Part shown: one piece after another, positions 28,460-39,388 of the stretch
Position numbering within the stretch: the first letter of the stretch is position 1
Layout: every line of letters starts with the position of its first letter
Source of the DNA: Candidatus Bathyarchaeota archaeon
GTDB lineage: Archaea > Thermoproteota > Bathyarchaeia > Bathyarchaeales > Bathycorpusculaceae
Assembly: GCA_963833575.1 (NCBI GenBank)
Contig: CAWHXY010000004.1
Coordinates: forward strand, 288,001-352,000
Length of the DNA: 64,000 nucleotides
Direction: 5' to 3'
Notes under the pieces: model-generated
Told to the model about the DNA's origin: nothing
Seen by the model: only the letters and a program-made list of their open reading frames with translations
Database searches by the model: none
Made by a program: the position numbers and the translations under genes

Positions 28460-28942
28460 TTGATATGGTCTCTTGAATGTATAGTCACCGTTAGTTTGGG
28501 GGAAAATTGGTTGGATGAAGTATTAGACATGTTAGATAAGACTGCGAAGCGAATTCAGAAAACTTTGGATGAAACTAAAGAAGCCACTTGGAAGCAATCT
28601 GCGCTATACGAGCAAATCATGAAGTCACCCGAAGCATCGGACCACCAAAAAATCAAGGCATTTGTAAAGAAAACTCGCTATTTAGATCAGCTTGAAGCCC
28701 TGAACTCCCAACTCAGTTTGCTATATACTCTACAGATTTTTGCGTTTAAAGTTAAAGTTCTTGAAGTAACCGTTGGCAACATAAATGACCAACTTTCAAA
28801 ATCTGGAATACTCCTAAAATCAGCAGAAATAGAAAACATAAAAACAAACATTGACTCCCTCAAAATCCTCATAGAAGCACAGTACGAATCCATGAAAGAA
28901 ATCCACGAAAGCCAAAACAAAACCTTAGACTACATCCATTAA
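28460..28942 (+). CDS. coiled-coil hypothetical protein
   Basis: Heptad-rich ORF; start may lie a few codons downstream. Confidence 0.7.
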   Translation: MIWSLECIVTVSLGENWLDEVLDMLDKTAKRIQKTLDETKEATWKQSALYEQIMKSPEASDHQKIKAFVKKTRYLDQLEALNSQLSLLYTLQIFAFKVKVLEVTVGNINDQLSKSGILLKSAEIENIKTNIDSLKILIEAQYESMKEIHESQNKTLDYIH

Positions 28943-29125
28943 ACGTTTTAGCTAGAACACATCTAAAACCTCATAAAAATAATAAGAGTGACGTGCTATT
29001 TCCTAGTTGGGAGAAAAACAGTCCTTAACTAAACTAACTGACTCTTACGCTCTGCCATAAAACTTACTCTTTTCATACAAAAACAAAAATAAAGAAAACA
29101 AAAGAAGGGGATCTTGCCATCTTTT

Positions 29126-30364
29126 TTATGATGAACCTGTGCTAGTTGGAGCTGGTCGGGTACCCAAGACTAGTGATATGCTAAGGGTTTGACTGTTTCG
29201 TACCACTGTTAAGTTCACGGTTTGTCCGGGTAATGTGTATTCTTCTAAGTATGATGATAGATCGTCCATGTTTCTGATTCGTGAACCGTTTATGCCTACT
29301 ATTATGTCGCCACCTGTGTAAACCGTGGTGCCGTCAACTACGATTTGATTGGTACCTGTTTTGATTCCAGCTTTATCTGCCGGTCCACCATTTATCACTT
29401 GCTCAATTAAGACCCCGTATGTGACTTCTGTTCCCATCTGCTTTGAAATGTCGTAAGTCATGTCTGCTCCGCCTATGCCAAGGTATGGATGGGCATTGTA
29501 CGTTCCGTTAGTTGCCAAAGCGTTGATTTCCCGCATTATTGTATCTGAGGGCACGGCAAAGCCTAATCCTTGCGAGCTAGTAACTATGGCTGTTGTTATG
29601 CCGATAACTTGACCTTCATAGTTGAGCAGCGGTCCTCCTGAATTGCCCGAGTTTATGGCGGTGCTTGTCTGTATAATGTCAGATATAGCATATGCGTTTC
29701 CTGTATCTTCAGTAATTGTTCGGTTTAGGGCGCTGATTATTCCTGTAGTCATAGAACCTGTTAATCCGTAGGGGCTGCCTATGGCAATTGCTTCGTCACC
29801 GACTTTCAAACTTGATGAGCTTACAATTGTTAATGGAACTAGTTCAGATTGTGGAGCGTCAGTCGAAAGTATAGCTAAGTCTGAGTATATGTCTGAGCCT
29901 AACACTTTGGCAGTGTAGGTGTTACCGTCTTGGAATGTAACTGTAACGTTTACGCCTCCGTCGACAACGTGATAGTTTGTGACAACGACATCTTGACCAT
30001 TAAGATCATAAATGAAGCCTGAACCTTGAACTTGAGAGTAGGAAGCTTGATTGAACATGTTAGATTCTAATTGGAAGTCTTCAATAACTACTACTGAAGA
30101 TGCCGCCTGCTGATATATCTCGGAGAGCGAATTGTTGTCCGTAGAATCAACAGCGACTGATTGGTTTGAAGTAACTGACGCAGATGAGTCTGAGCTTGCG
30201 GCTTGATTTGAGTTGCTTGTTTCTTGCGTTTGCTGGCTGCTACTTGCAGTTGGATGGTCAATATAGTATCCAGCTAATCCTGCTGTAAGGCTAGCTACAA
30301 AAAGTACAGTGATTATTAGAATGGCAAGTTTGACATTTCTTGGTTTCTTACTAGGAGTTTCCAA
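29126..30364 (-). CDS. HtrA/DegP-like serine protease with PDZ domain
   Basis: TM anchor, GSGF, VTNYHVV, SDLA, AINSGNSGGPL, PDZ (GGPADKAG, GDII). Confidence 0.93.
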   Translation of the reverse strand: METPSKKPRNVKLAILIITVLFVASLTAGLAGYYIDHPTASSSQQTQETSNSNQAASSDSSASVTSNQSVAVDSTDNNSLSEIYQQAASSVVVIEDFQLESNMFNQASYSQVQGSGFIYDLNGQDVVVTNYHVVDGGVNVTVTFQDGNTYTAKVLGSDIYSDLAILSTDAPQSELVPLTIVSSSSLKVGDEAIAIGSPYGLTGSMTTGIISALNRTITEDTGNAYAISDIIQTSTAINSGNSGGPLLNYEGQVIGITTAIVTSSQGLGFAVPSDTIMREINALATNGTYNAHPYLGIGGADMTYDISKQMGTEVTYGVLIEQVINGGPADKAGIKTGTNQIVVDGTTVYTGGDIIVGINGSRIRNMDDLSSYLEEYTLPGQTVNLTVVRNSQTLSISLVLGTRPAPTSTGSS

Positions 30365-30604
30365 TATTTATCCCTCACATAGGTTGCATAAGCCTAAAGG
30401 AATAAATATTGTTCCAAATCGCACCCAAATTAATTCTAAATTATATCCAACCCCACAGCAAATAAGCTATTTTCACATGGTAGAGATATTGAAAAAATGG
30501 AGTAGATGCTTTTCAATTTTAGGCAAAGCAAAAAGAATGATTTCTTCAGACTAACTCTGAGTTATTCCTTGAAATGACTGACTTAAACTGGCTTAAACTC
30601 TTCC

Positions 30605-31003
30605 TTAAGACTGGGATAGATACGGCTGCATGTATTTTCCGAGGAAATCAAAGGTTTCAGCATGGAAAAGATGGCTTTTGCAGTGGCAGTCTGAGCATCC
30701 AAAGCCAGCAATGGACTCAGCGTTCTTATCCAGTAGGCTGGCGATTTTGCATTCTTTTGGTTTGTTACCTTGCGTATAGTAGACGCCAATCACCTTTGCC
30801 TCTTTGTTGTTTAGCAGGTAGTCGATATGCCAGAACAAGCGTTTCTGTCTACTTTGGTGTCTCTTCACCCTTAGCTCAAGATTGTTTTGTGCTGAACCCA
30901 CATAAGCATACAAGCCCGACGGGAAAGACAACAAGCCCAAGGCACCGATGTTCAGGCTTATTGTTTTGGCTATTTCGACGATTAGCACGTATATGCCCTT
31001 CAA
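30605..31003 (-). CDS. GIY-YIG nuclease family protein (DUF123)
   Basis: KGIYVL, YAYVGSA, WHIDYLL, GFGCSDCHCKSHL. Confidence 0.9.
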   Translation of the reverse strand: MKGIYVLIVEIAKTISLNIGALGLLSFPSGLYAYVGSAQNNLELRVKRHQSRQKRLFWHIDYLLNNKEAKVIGVYYTQGNKPKECKIASLLDKNAESIAGFGCSDCHCKSHLFHAETFDFLGKYMQPYLSQS

Positions 31004-31239
31004 CAGCTACTCTCACCTAACTACACCAAGAATTACCTAAGCGTCTAATTTTAAGTCTGAGTTTTTTGTTGCCTTTTCTACAATAACTTGTAAGTAAAAG
31101 CGCTACTACGCAACTATTTCTACTGGAATAAGATAGAATAAGCGTTTCTTTTTTAGGTCATTTTTACTTGATAGAGCTGCGTTTGCGTTAAGAATTAAAT
31201 ATTGAACTAATTACTGTTGCTAAATGAGGAGACTGAATC

Positions 31240-32226
31240 TTGGATGAAGAAGAGTTCAGAAACTACTGTTTAGACAGAAGACTGGATGAAAAGACAATAC
31301 AAGCGCACATCCAGATTGTTAAAGAATTCGAAGCTTTCTTAACAATAAAGTGCCAAAACAGAAGCATAGCTAATACAACTTCCGCCAATTTACACAATTT
31401 CGTCAGACACTTAATAGGCACAAATAGGAACACGTGGGATAACATGCTTCCTATAGTAAGATACGCCCGTTTCATGAACAATAAAAAAATAATTGTTGCT
31501 GTGCTGGAGCTTCTTGACGGAAGTGACGTTTTGGAGAACCTCTCAAACACCATAAAGCAGACAACAGGTAACACCAAACATAAGGCGATTTTCAAAGGAA
31601 TCACGCTACCCCCTCTGGGCACTCTTCCAAAAGATAGGGCAAAAATAACTAAGAAGTTCATGGATAATCTTGAATCAGAATTGGGCGAAGCCAAGTGCAT
31701 AGAAATTCTTTTAAGTGGACCTCATGCCGAGCCTAAGGAACAGTTCTTGCCTGAACAAAAAAAGTTCCTGAAATCTAAGGACATAGATGACTATCTTGGA
31801 AAGAAACATGAAGAATACGTTGCAGAGCTCAAGAACCATATGAAAGAAAAAACACTCTATTACACTCAGGAAATCACCAAAGAAGTTCTTGACTACGTAA
31901 AAGAAACTCCCACCTGTCAAGTAGGCGTGAGAGACGGAAACATAATCTTCGTCACCAAGATTCCCTACATGGCTAAGAAATATCTGCGAGAGAAAGACCC
32001 AAAGAAGAAGCGATATTATGCCTGCCACTGTCCGTGGGTACGTGAAGCCATAAAGTTAGACACAAAAATTTCACCCAATTTCTGCTATTGTAGCGCAGGA
32101 TTTGAGAAACGTGTATGGGACGTTATTTTTGGTCAAGATGTCAAAGCAGATGTTTTAGAAACTGTCCTAAAAGGTGATTCAATCTGCAAATTTGCCATTC
32201 ATATTCCCAAAGAACACCTTGTTTAA
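31240..32226 (+). CDS. hypothetical protein with C-terminal Cys-rich V4R-like domain
   Basis: YYACHCPW, FCYCSAG, ETVLKGDSICKF. Confidence 0.7.
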   Translation: MDEEEFRNYCLDRRLDEKTIQAHIQIVKEFEAFLTIKCQNRSIANTTSANLHNFVRHLIGTNRNTWDNMLPIVRYARFMNNKKIIVAVLELLDGSDVLENLSNTIKQTTGNTKHKAIFKGITLPPLGTLPKDRAKITKKFMDNLESELGEAKCIEILLSGPHAEPKEQFLPEQKKFLKSKDIDDYLGKKHEEYVAELKNHMKEKTLYYTQEITKEVLDYVKETPTCQVGVRDGNIIFVTKIPYMAKKYLREKDPKKKRYYACHCPWVREAIKLDTKISPNFCYCSAGFEKRVWDVIFGQDVKADVLETVLKGDSICKFAIHIPKEHLV

Positions 32227-32247
32227 GAAAATGGCGGTGTCTACGGT

Positions 32248-32352
32248 ATGGTAGAAGACCATCATGATAGTGAGATTGCAACCGAGAGACTTTTTCTGAA
32301 GCAATTCAGGAAAGAAGACCTTGAGTGCGAGTTAAAAACAAGTAGCGATTAA
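32248..32352 (+). pseudogene. N-terminal fragment of a RimJ/RimL-type GNAT acetyltransferase
   Basis: EIATERLFLKQFRKEDL then stop at codon 35. Confidence 0.4.
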
Positions 32353-32422
32353 ATTAAAGAAAAGGGCAGCCTGGTGGTTTTGAGCCACTCATGCGTGCAA
32401 TGTAGTTTTTAGTGTTTTAGGC

Positions 32423-33346
32423 TTATTCTACGATCTTTTCCCAACTTGTGACTAAGTCGAGAACTTCTTGGCCTGCTTTGCCGCCGTAGCTCTTTAGGCG
32501 TTCGCGTGCGTCTTTCTGTGCAATCATTTGTTTTTGGAATTCTACCATTTGGTAAGCTTTGTCTGTTAAGTATAGGAGTCCGTCAACGCCTGCTCTTGCC
32601 ATGCGAACTGAAACTGTTAGTAGTTCACTTGGGGTTGGACATTCTCTTGGATCGTCTCCGGGCCCAATGACATAGAGTGCAATGTTTAGTTTTACGTCTT
32701 TGAAGAGTTTCTTGAAGTTGCGAGTAAGCATTTCCCAATACCAAGGTGTTGCATAGTTTTTGCTAAACATAACAACTAGGAATTCATCAGTGAGTGGTGC
32801 GAGATCGTCGAAGTTGACGCCGAAGCGTTCATAGTTTGTAACTGGGTCTGGAAGTACACCTATAACGAATTGGCTTTTTGCTCTGTCACGTACGCGTTCG
32901 CTTGTTGCCGCCATGTATTCAGTGATTTCTTTTCGTCTCCATTCATACCAGCTTAAGCCGCTTTTTTCATGGAGTGCTTTGCAGCGTGGGCATATGCAGT
33001 GTCCGTGGTCTGCGAAGTGGATGCTGTTTAGCCAGATACCTGGGCTTTTTCTTGCTACGTCTTCCATGTAATCTAGTTGTTCTGCGCGGTGTTCAGGTTG
33101 AGTTGCGCATAGAACGTCCCATCTGACGTTAAAGTTGTCGTTTGTTCGCCATGCTGGACCTAAAGCTGATTGAGAAATCCAATCTGGGTGATTGCGTGCA
33201 GTTACGTTGTCTCCGAAAATAGCGATGTTGCTGTACATATCGGGTTGCGGTGGCATTCGCCTTCCAACTTCCGGTTTAACGCGGAAAAGGTCAAAGTCAA
33301 AGCCTGGAACTTTCTTTGCTTCAAACATGTATGTGCCGAATTTCAT
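32423..33346 (-). CDS. glycoside-hydrolase-like TIM-barrel hypothetical protein with CxCxxC
   Basis: HPDWIS, GHCICPRC, WRRKEIT, FGVNF. Confidence 0.6.
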   Translation of the reverse strand: MKFGTYMFEAKKVPGFDFDLFRVKPEVGRRMPPQPDMYSNIAIFGDNVTARNHPDWISQSALGPAWRTNDNFNVRWDVLCATQPEHRAEQLDYMEDVARKSPGIWLNSIHFADHGHCICPRCKALHEKSGLSWYEWRRKEITEYMAATSERVRDRAKSQFVIGVLPDPVTNYERFGVNFDDLAPLTDEFLVVMFSKNYATPWYWEMLTRNFKKLFKDVKLNIALYVIGPGDDPRECPTPSELLTVSVRMARAGVDGLLYLTDKAYQMVEFQKQMIAQKDARERLKSYGGKAGQEVLDLVTSWEKIVE

Positions 33347-33630
33347 CTTGCTTCTACCTTTTTAGAAACCAAAACGTTCGGCGATGTTATAAAGTTTTGC
33401 ATAAGTAGCCTAAAATTGTTTGGAAAGCACAAAATGCAAATTGGCGATTGCTTACAATGCATAATCACACCGCTAAACTTGTTTCGGCTGTGTTAAATCA
33501 TCTGTTTTGGGACATAAACAGTGAAAAACCAAACAAGCAAGCATTCTAAATTTTAGTGATTATCTACGCAAGCTTTTTAGGGCAAAATCCCTTCGCAACA
33601 ATACCAACTTAGCCTCCTTAAGGTGCTGCA

Positions 33631-36261
33631 ATGAGCCAATGGCACACGAAAGAAACACAAGAGCTAATTCATGAACTAGGTGTTAACCCTGAAAGAGGCT
33701 TAGCTGATCAGGAGGCAGCACAGCGGCTAAACAAATACGGTAAAAACGTGTTAGTTAAGCCGAGAGAAATACGGTTTTTTAGTATTTTTAAAGAAGAAGT
33801 AACTGAACCCATGATACTGCTCCTAATCGCGATAGGAGTAATCTATGCTTATTTAGGAATTACAACTGGCAACGGGTTAACGGATGCCTTGACAATTATA
33901 GTTATAATTATTGTGTTGGTTTTTGCGGAAGTTTGGAACGAGTATAGAGCCAAACGTTCAATCGCCTCCCTTAAAAAACTGGCGCCTCCAACAGCGCTGG
34001 TTCTCAGAAATGGGCAACCCAAAGAAATCCAAACAGCCAATCTTGTTCCAGGCGACATTCTTATCCTGAAAACTGGGCAAAGGGTACCTGCTGACGCCCG
34101 ATTGATTGAAGCATTCGGTTTAGAAGTTAACGAGTCCTCTCTCACTGGCGAATCTTATCCGGTAAACAAAGATGCAGCGGCAACACTGCCAGCTGAAACC
34201 AAAATCACTGATCAGTCAAACATGCTGTTCACTGGCACCGTTATTACCAGAGGCAGAGCCAAAGCAGTTATTGTTGCTACAGGCGTGCAAAGTGAACTTG
34301 GAAAAATCGCAGGCATAACAATCGCCGCAAAAGAACCAAAAACTACGTTGCAACTTGCGATGAAGCAACTTTCCAAAACTTTAGTATGGATTGCACTTTT
34401 CTTCAGCATCCTAATCCCTATCTTAAGTTATGTCAGAGGCATCCAACCGAACCCAGGACAAGCATTACTTTATGGATTATCCTTAGCCTTTGTTGTTATA
34501 CCCGAAGAGCTACCAATCATCATTACGATGGTTTTAGGCGTCGGAAGCTATGCACTCTCACGCAAAGGCGCCATTGTGAAACGTTTACGAGCCGCAGAAG
34601 CCCTTGGAAACGTAACAGTCATAGCCACAGACAAAACAGGCACCATAACAGAAAACAAAATGCGGCTAGAACACCTCTACTTCGACGGCTCAATTCACAA
34701 AAGCCAAGACTTCAAAGAAAATGAAAAAGCAGCATTAAAAACCGCGTTCTTAGCCAGCGACACAGTTGGAAACGTGGTAAGTGGCGTAGTTTTGGGCAAT
34801 CCCATGGCGCAAGCAACCTTGGAACGGTTGAGGCAAGATGGAGTCGATGCTCAAAGTGTTTCTAAAGGCTGGGTTCTGAAAGATGAGTTAAGCTTTGATG
34901 TTAAAAGAAAAATGGCATCATACATCTACCAATATGGCAACTCTACAGTTGTTTTATCAAGTGGTGCGCCAGAGAAAATTTTAGCTAACTCTACAAAAAT
35001 CTTGCTGAAAGGCGAAGAAGCCCCCCTCGATGATGCCCTCAGAAGTGAAGCCAGTGAAGCTATGGCGCAGATGGCTCAGTCTGGTGAACGCCTACTCGGC
35101 TTTGGCTACCATAGGCTACAATCTGTCTCAGGGGACGATAGGCAAAATTTTGAAAGCGACATTGTTTTCGTCGGCATCTTGGGATTTATTGATCCCCCAC
35201 GAAAAGAGGTCAAGGGAGCCATCCAAACATGCCAAGAAGCAGGCATAAAAGTCATAATGATTACAGGTGATCACCCAGAAACCGCCAAAGCCATCGCAGC
35301 CCAAGTCGGAATAGATAGCACCTACGTATTAACTGGAAACGAAATCGCAAAAATGACCGACGAAGACCTCAAGAAAGCATTAAAGAACACTTTTGTTTTT
35401 GCACGAGTCACGCCTGAAGACAAACTGCGGCTAGTTCATCTGCTAAAAGAAAACAGCGAAATCGTAGCTGTCACAGGTGACGGAATCAATGATGCCCCAG
35501 CCCTCAAAGAAGCCCACATTGGCATAGCAATGGGCATCCGCGGAACCGACGTTGCCAAAGAAACCGCAGACATGATACTAACTAACGACAATTTCGCAAC
35601 CATCCAAGTTGCCGTGAAAGAAGGAAGAAAACTATTCAGCAACCTACGCAAAGGCGTCCGATACTACTTAGCCTGCAAAGTAGCGCTGGTTTCAATTTTC
35701 CTTGTCCCCATCATTCTGGGAATTCCGTTGCCTTTTGCTCCAATCCAGATTATAGTGTTGGAGTTATTCATGGATTTGGCTGCATCCGCCACTTTTGTTG
35801 CAGAACCCGAAGAAGCAGGCATAATGAATAAGCCGCCGAATGATCCGAAAGAGAAATTCCTAAACCAACGCATGATAAAAACCCTCATTTTAGGTGCTTT
35901 AAGCCTCTTCCTAGCAGTCACCATAACTTTTCTGTTTGCCTGGTACACAACTCACAGCATACCTTTTGCAAGGACAGTGGCGTTTGCGACATGGATGTTT
36001 GGCCACATCTTCCTTGCGCTTAACTTCCGATCTGACAAAGAACCCTTAGTAAGAGAGGGCTTGCTTTCAAACAAGGTTATGCTCCTTTGGGCGCTGCTCG
36101 TGTTTGTAGTTTTGCTCGTAGGCACATCACTTCCAGCTACGCAGACAGCTTTGCAGATCGCGAGTTTAAACCTGCAAGATTGGGTGCTGGTTATTGCTGT
36201 AGCCTTTGCGGCAACGTTCTGGATGGAACTTAAGAAAATCCTGAGGAAAAACCCTGATTGA
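33631..36261 (+). CDS. cation-transporting P-type ATPase (P2 type)
   Basis: ESSLTGES, PEELP, DKTGT, DPPR, MITGDH, TGDGINDAPALK. Confidence 0.95.
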   Translation: MSQWHTKETQELIHELGVNPERGLADQEAAQRLNKYGKNVLVKPREIRFFSIFKEEVTEPMILLLIAIGVIYAYLGITTGNGLTDALTIIVIIIVLVFAEVWNEYRAKRSIASLKKLAPPTALVLRNGQPKEIQTANLVPGDILILKTGQRVPADARLIEAFGLEVNESSLTGESYPVNKDAAATLPAETKITDQSNMLFTGTVITRGRAKAVIVATGVQSELGKIAGITIAAKEPKTTLQLAMKQLSKTLVWIALFFSILIPILSYVRGIQPNPGQALLYGLSLAFVVIPEELPIIITMVLGVGSYALSRKGAIVKRLRAAEALGNVTVIATDKTGTITENKMRLEHLYFDGSIHKSQDFKENEKAALKTAFLASDTVGNVVSGVVLGNPMAQATLERLRQDGVDAQSVSKGWVLKDELSFDVKRKMASYIYQYGNSTVVLSSGAPEKILANSTKILLKGEEAPLDDALRSEASEAMAQMAQSGERLLGFGYHRLQSVSGDDRQNFESDIVFVGILGFIDPPRKEVKGAIQTCQEAGIKVIMITGDHPETAKAIAAQVGIDSTYVLTGNEIAKMTDEDLKKALKNTFVFARVTPEDKLRLVHLLKENSEIVAVTGDGINDAPALKEAHIGIAMGIRGTDVAKETADMILTNDNFATIQVAVKEGRKLFSNLRKGVRYYLACKVALVSIFLVPIILGIPLPFAPIQIIVLELFMDLAASATFVAEPEEAGIMNKPPNDPKEKFLNQRMIKTLILGALSLFLAVTITFLFAWYTTHSIPFARTVAFATWMFGHIFLALNFRSDKEPLVREGLLSNKVMLLWALLVFVVLLVGTSLPATQTALQIASLNLQDWVLVIAVAFAATFWMELKKILRKNPD

Positions 36262-36415
36262 GACTATCTTATGGGATTCTTTCCTAAATGAAAAGGTAGA
36301 CGTTTCTGTTCTTTAATAATATAGGATAATTTCACGGCAACATTAGTGCTTAAGATTTGTGCTTCATAACGGTTAAGTTATTTTCCACGTAGAATATGCA
36401 TTGGCTTGACAGAAG

Positions 36416-37606
36416 ATGACTAGTCTTCACAAACTCGGAATTTTTGTTGTTTTCCTTGCGCTGATACTTCTTTCTTCCTGCATTTGTGGTGCTTACGCTC
36501 AAAACAATACCAATAGCACTCAAAATAACCAAACTCAAAGTCCAACTGAGACAGGTCAGGTTCCTGCGCCTTCAATAGAAAGCAATCCTGTGAGGCCAGG
36601 CGAAACAGGTTTCGGAATTACAGTAATTAGTGGAGATTTTAATTCCAACTGGTATGCAGTCAGAGGTGACGGTTCCTCAGGTAACAACTTGGAGGGCTTA
36701 TACTCTAACATTCAATACGATATTGGCAACAGTCAAATGTGCTTTGAGACACAACTGGCCTCTAGTAACGATGGTGGTTCGGGAAACTTTGGAGTTGGAC
36801 AACCAAATGCTACCAGCTCATATGCAATTTCTATTGACTGTGATGGCGCAATTATTCCGATAAATCTCTACAATTGTGCCTACTTCAACGAGTCAAGAAC
36901 TAACGTTATCTATGTTGGGGATCTTCCTGAATTTAATAACACTTTTACATTTCATAATGTTTCGCTTGACACTTACGGTCATGGTTCTTCAACCGTTACA
37001 ATATCGTTAACTCAGCAGTTTATCGCTAACTGGACTGAAATGACAGTTAAAATGGATACTGACGTAGATTTTTCCAATATGCAACTGTATTCTCCAATCA
37101 CTCAGCAACCGATTAGTGCTGGAACCCCATTTTCCCTAACACTAATTTACACTGTCGACATGTCAAACTATACAGCTTCACAAGAACTCGGCCACGCAGT
37201 TAACTTTCAACCCACAGTAACCCCAACACAAATCTATTATACTGGCGACAATGGTTTTGGCTACCAGTATGAAATGGCTAATATGAACTTTGGTGATTCA
37301 TACACTGAGGTTCAAGGAAACAATCAAATTCCCAACCAAACACCAGAAACCTACTTCCAGTCCCAGAGGCCGGGAGTTCAAGGAGCTGGAGCTTCATTCG
37401 TTTTATGTTTCCAAACGTTCAATGGCTTAACCTATGGTTTAACTACTGGCTTAAACAGCGACCCAACACTGACGATTCCTCATAAACCCGTTCAGTCCAC
37501 GAATCAAATCCTATTTGTTCTAATATTATTTGCAGTTGTTGCTGTGACAGCAATTTTAGGCGTGGCGCTCTTGGTTCGGCATCGACGGCACCCTATTCAA
37601 CCTTAA
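36416..37606 (+). CDS. secreted surface protein with C-terminal TM anchor
   Basis: Signal peptide; C-terminal TM + RHRRH. Confidence 0.75.
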   Translation: MTSLHKLGIFVVFLALILLSSCICGAYAQNNTNSTQNNQTQSPTETGQVPAPSIESNPVRPGETGFGITVISGDFNSNWYAVRGDGSSGNNLEGLYSNIQYDIGNSQMCFETQLASSNDGGSGNFGVGQPNATSSYAISIDCDGAIIPINLYNCAYFNESRTNVIYVGDLPEFNNTFTFHNVSLDTYGHGSSTVTISLTQQFIANWTEMTVKMDTDVDFSNMQLYSPITQQPISAGTPFSLTLIYTVDMSNYTASQELGHAVNFQPTVTPTQIYYTGDNGFGYQYEMANMNFGDSYTEVQGNNQIPNQTPETYFQSQRPGVQGAGASFVLCFQTFNGLTYGLTTGLNSDPTLTIPHKPVQSTNQILFVLILFAVVAVTAILGVALLVRHRRHPIQP

Positions 37607-37960
37607 ATGCCCTCTCGATAACGGGGCCAATTGCCTCGCGATTAAATCGGTCTTACCAAGTAAATTTAGTTAGCATTCAAGTGGGTTGGTAGGTCTTCTT
37701 TCCAAATATTTTGCTAAAGTAACTGTTTTTTGCTTGCGTTTCAGCTTTCACAAAAGAAGTCTCTCTGATAGACCAACAACACTTCTTTTTGTATTTTTGT
37801 TCATTGTGTTTTGAGTTTGGGTTTGGTATTAAAATCTAATCCAACCAACATAAAAGAAGGCAACCTATCCTTGAAAAGTTATAGGTGGCAACATTAGGTT
37901 ACTAATTTCTAAAAAATAATAAGGTGTTCACTCGATTCAGGTTACAAGTATCACATAATG

Positions 37961-37987
37961 TTAAGACTAAATTTTAATGCACACCCC
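37961..37987. repeat. cassette site A (core AAATTTT 37969-37975)
   Basis: TTAAGACT-AAATTTT-AATGCACACCCC. Confidence 0.7.
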
Positions 37988-38016
37988 ATTTATGGAGTTA
38001 AAAATACGATAAGCTG

Positions 38017-38895
38017 TCAAAGTGAGAAGCCCTGTGTCATCGAAGAAACGCCCATAGTACAATTAACTAATATGCTACCGTAAACGCCTTCTCCATACCC
38101 CGTGAAAGTCTCCCAATAGATGGTCACGATGTATCTTTGTTGATTTGGCAAAGAGATGCTGTAAGTTCCTTGCTTTTGCAAAGCATAACTGTAATGTATA
38201 CCAACCGTGAATGTTGACGCAGTACCGGTTGGGCTTGATGCCACAAACTGAATCTGGGTTATCCAAGTATCATTGCTGGAGATATCTTCGACTGTGCCAG
38301 AAACTTGAATTTGAGGGGTTAAGACTGTTAATGTATAGGCGCTGGAGTATGTTTTGCCATTAGCTGCTGTCGATTTGATATCTATTTGATAGATTCCCGC
38401 AGGTGTTGCTGCCAAAGCATTGATTACAAGAATGCTAGTGAATGTGTTATTGCTCGATGGCGTTCCTGATTGTTTGAAGAAAGAGCAGAGAATGCTATTT
38501 GGCTCGGCTACAGCGTTTAAAGTGACAGCTTGGGCAGAGCCCTGCAGGCAGGTTATGTTGATGTTGGTTTGAATGCTGTTTCCTTGCTGGATAGTCCCGT
38601 TGTTTGGATAGACACCAATGTTGTAGTCAAAGGGAATGTATGGAGGTGACGTAACATCTGGAGCCAGAGAAGATTCATGGATTGGCAAAGTCCTTTGTAA
38701 GTATATACCCGCAATCACAGTTATGATTAATATGCCTATTATAGCACTGGCAATTGCTATTTTTCCAGTTTTGTTAAAGTTTTTTGGATTGTGAGCTTGG
38801 ATTTCATTAAGTTTCTTTATTGCGTTGCATAATTTCAAGTCAATTTTGCCGAAACTATGGAAGACTGTTTTTGTTTTCATCAGGCTTTCTATCAA
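38017..38895 (-). CDS. membrane-anchored Ig-like hypothetical protein (sole gene between sites A and B)
   Basis: TM IASAIIGILIITVIAG, Thr/Ser-rich beta domains; start uncertain. Confidence 0.65.
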   Translation of the reverse strand: MIESLMKTKTVFHSFGKIDLKLCNAIKKLNEIQAHNPKNFNKTGKIAIASAIIGILIITVIAGIYLQRTLPIHESSLAPDVTSPPYIPFDYNIGVYPNNGTIQQGNSIQTNINITCLQGSAQAVTLNAVAEPNSILCSFFKQSGTPSSNNTFTSILVINALAATPAGIYQIDIKSTAANGKTYSSAYTLTVLTPQIQVSGTVEDISSNDTWITQIQFVASSPTGTASTFTVGIHYSYALQKQGTYSISLPNQQRYIVTIYWETFTGYGEGVYGSILVNCTMGVSSMTQGFSL

Positions 38896-39082
38896 AGAGG
38901 TAAAGTGGAGCGGCTTTTAGTTCTATTCTTGGAACATGCTGTTCCCACTCTGGAACAACTCTTGAAATGTACGTCTTAGCCTTAATACCTACATTATTTT
39001 CCTATTGAGCGTGAGTGAAACCTCTTTGGTTACGCTTTAAATTTGATCGCTGAAAAACTTAATCTGCGAACGTAAAAAATAA

Positions 39083-39110
39083 TTGTGTGTACTAAATTTT
39101 AATGCTAGAA
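39083..39110. repeat. cassette site B (core 39094-39100)
   Basis: TTGTGTGTACT-AAATTTT-AATGCTAGAA. Confidence 0.75.
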
Positions 39111-39220
39111 AGCCCTAGAATAAGCATTTAACTTTTTTACCTAAACATCATATTTGATTGTAAAGAGAGAGGGTTGAGATACCGATTAAATATTTTGAAG
39201 CGCCTGAAATCAAAAAGCAA
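39094..39220 (+). pseudogene. diverged duplicate of site G, promoter and first ~14 codons of the metallopeptidase (48406-48534)
   Basis: About 80% identity by eye; shares CCGATTAAATATTTTGAAGCGCCTGAAAT; start ATG changed to ATA. Confidence 0.85.
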
Positions 39221-39388
39221 AGGTAAAGATATGACATCAAATTTGGTGTTAGCACAAAAACGCGAACTGATAGAATAAAGAAGCAAATTGACTGACACGC
39301 ATGTAGAGAGAGTTAGTCAAGAAACCTTGACTAATTTTAGTTAAGAGACTTTTACGAATACCCTTTTATCGTAACCCATTTCTAACCA

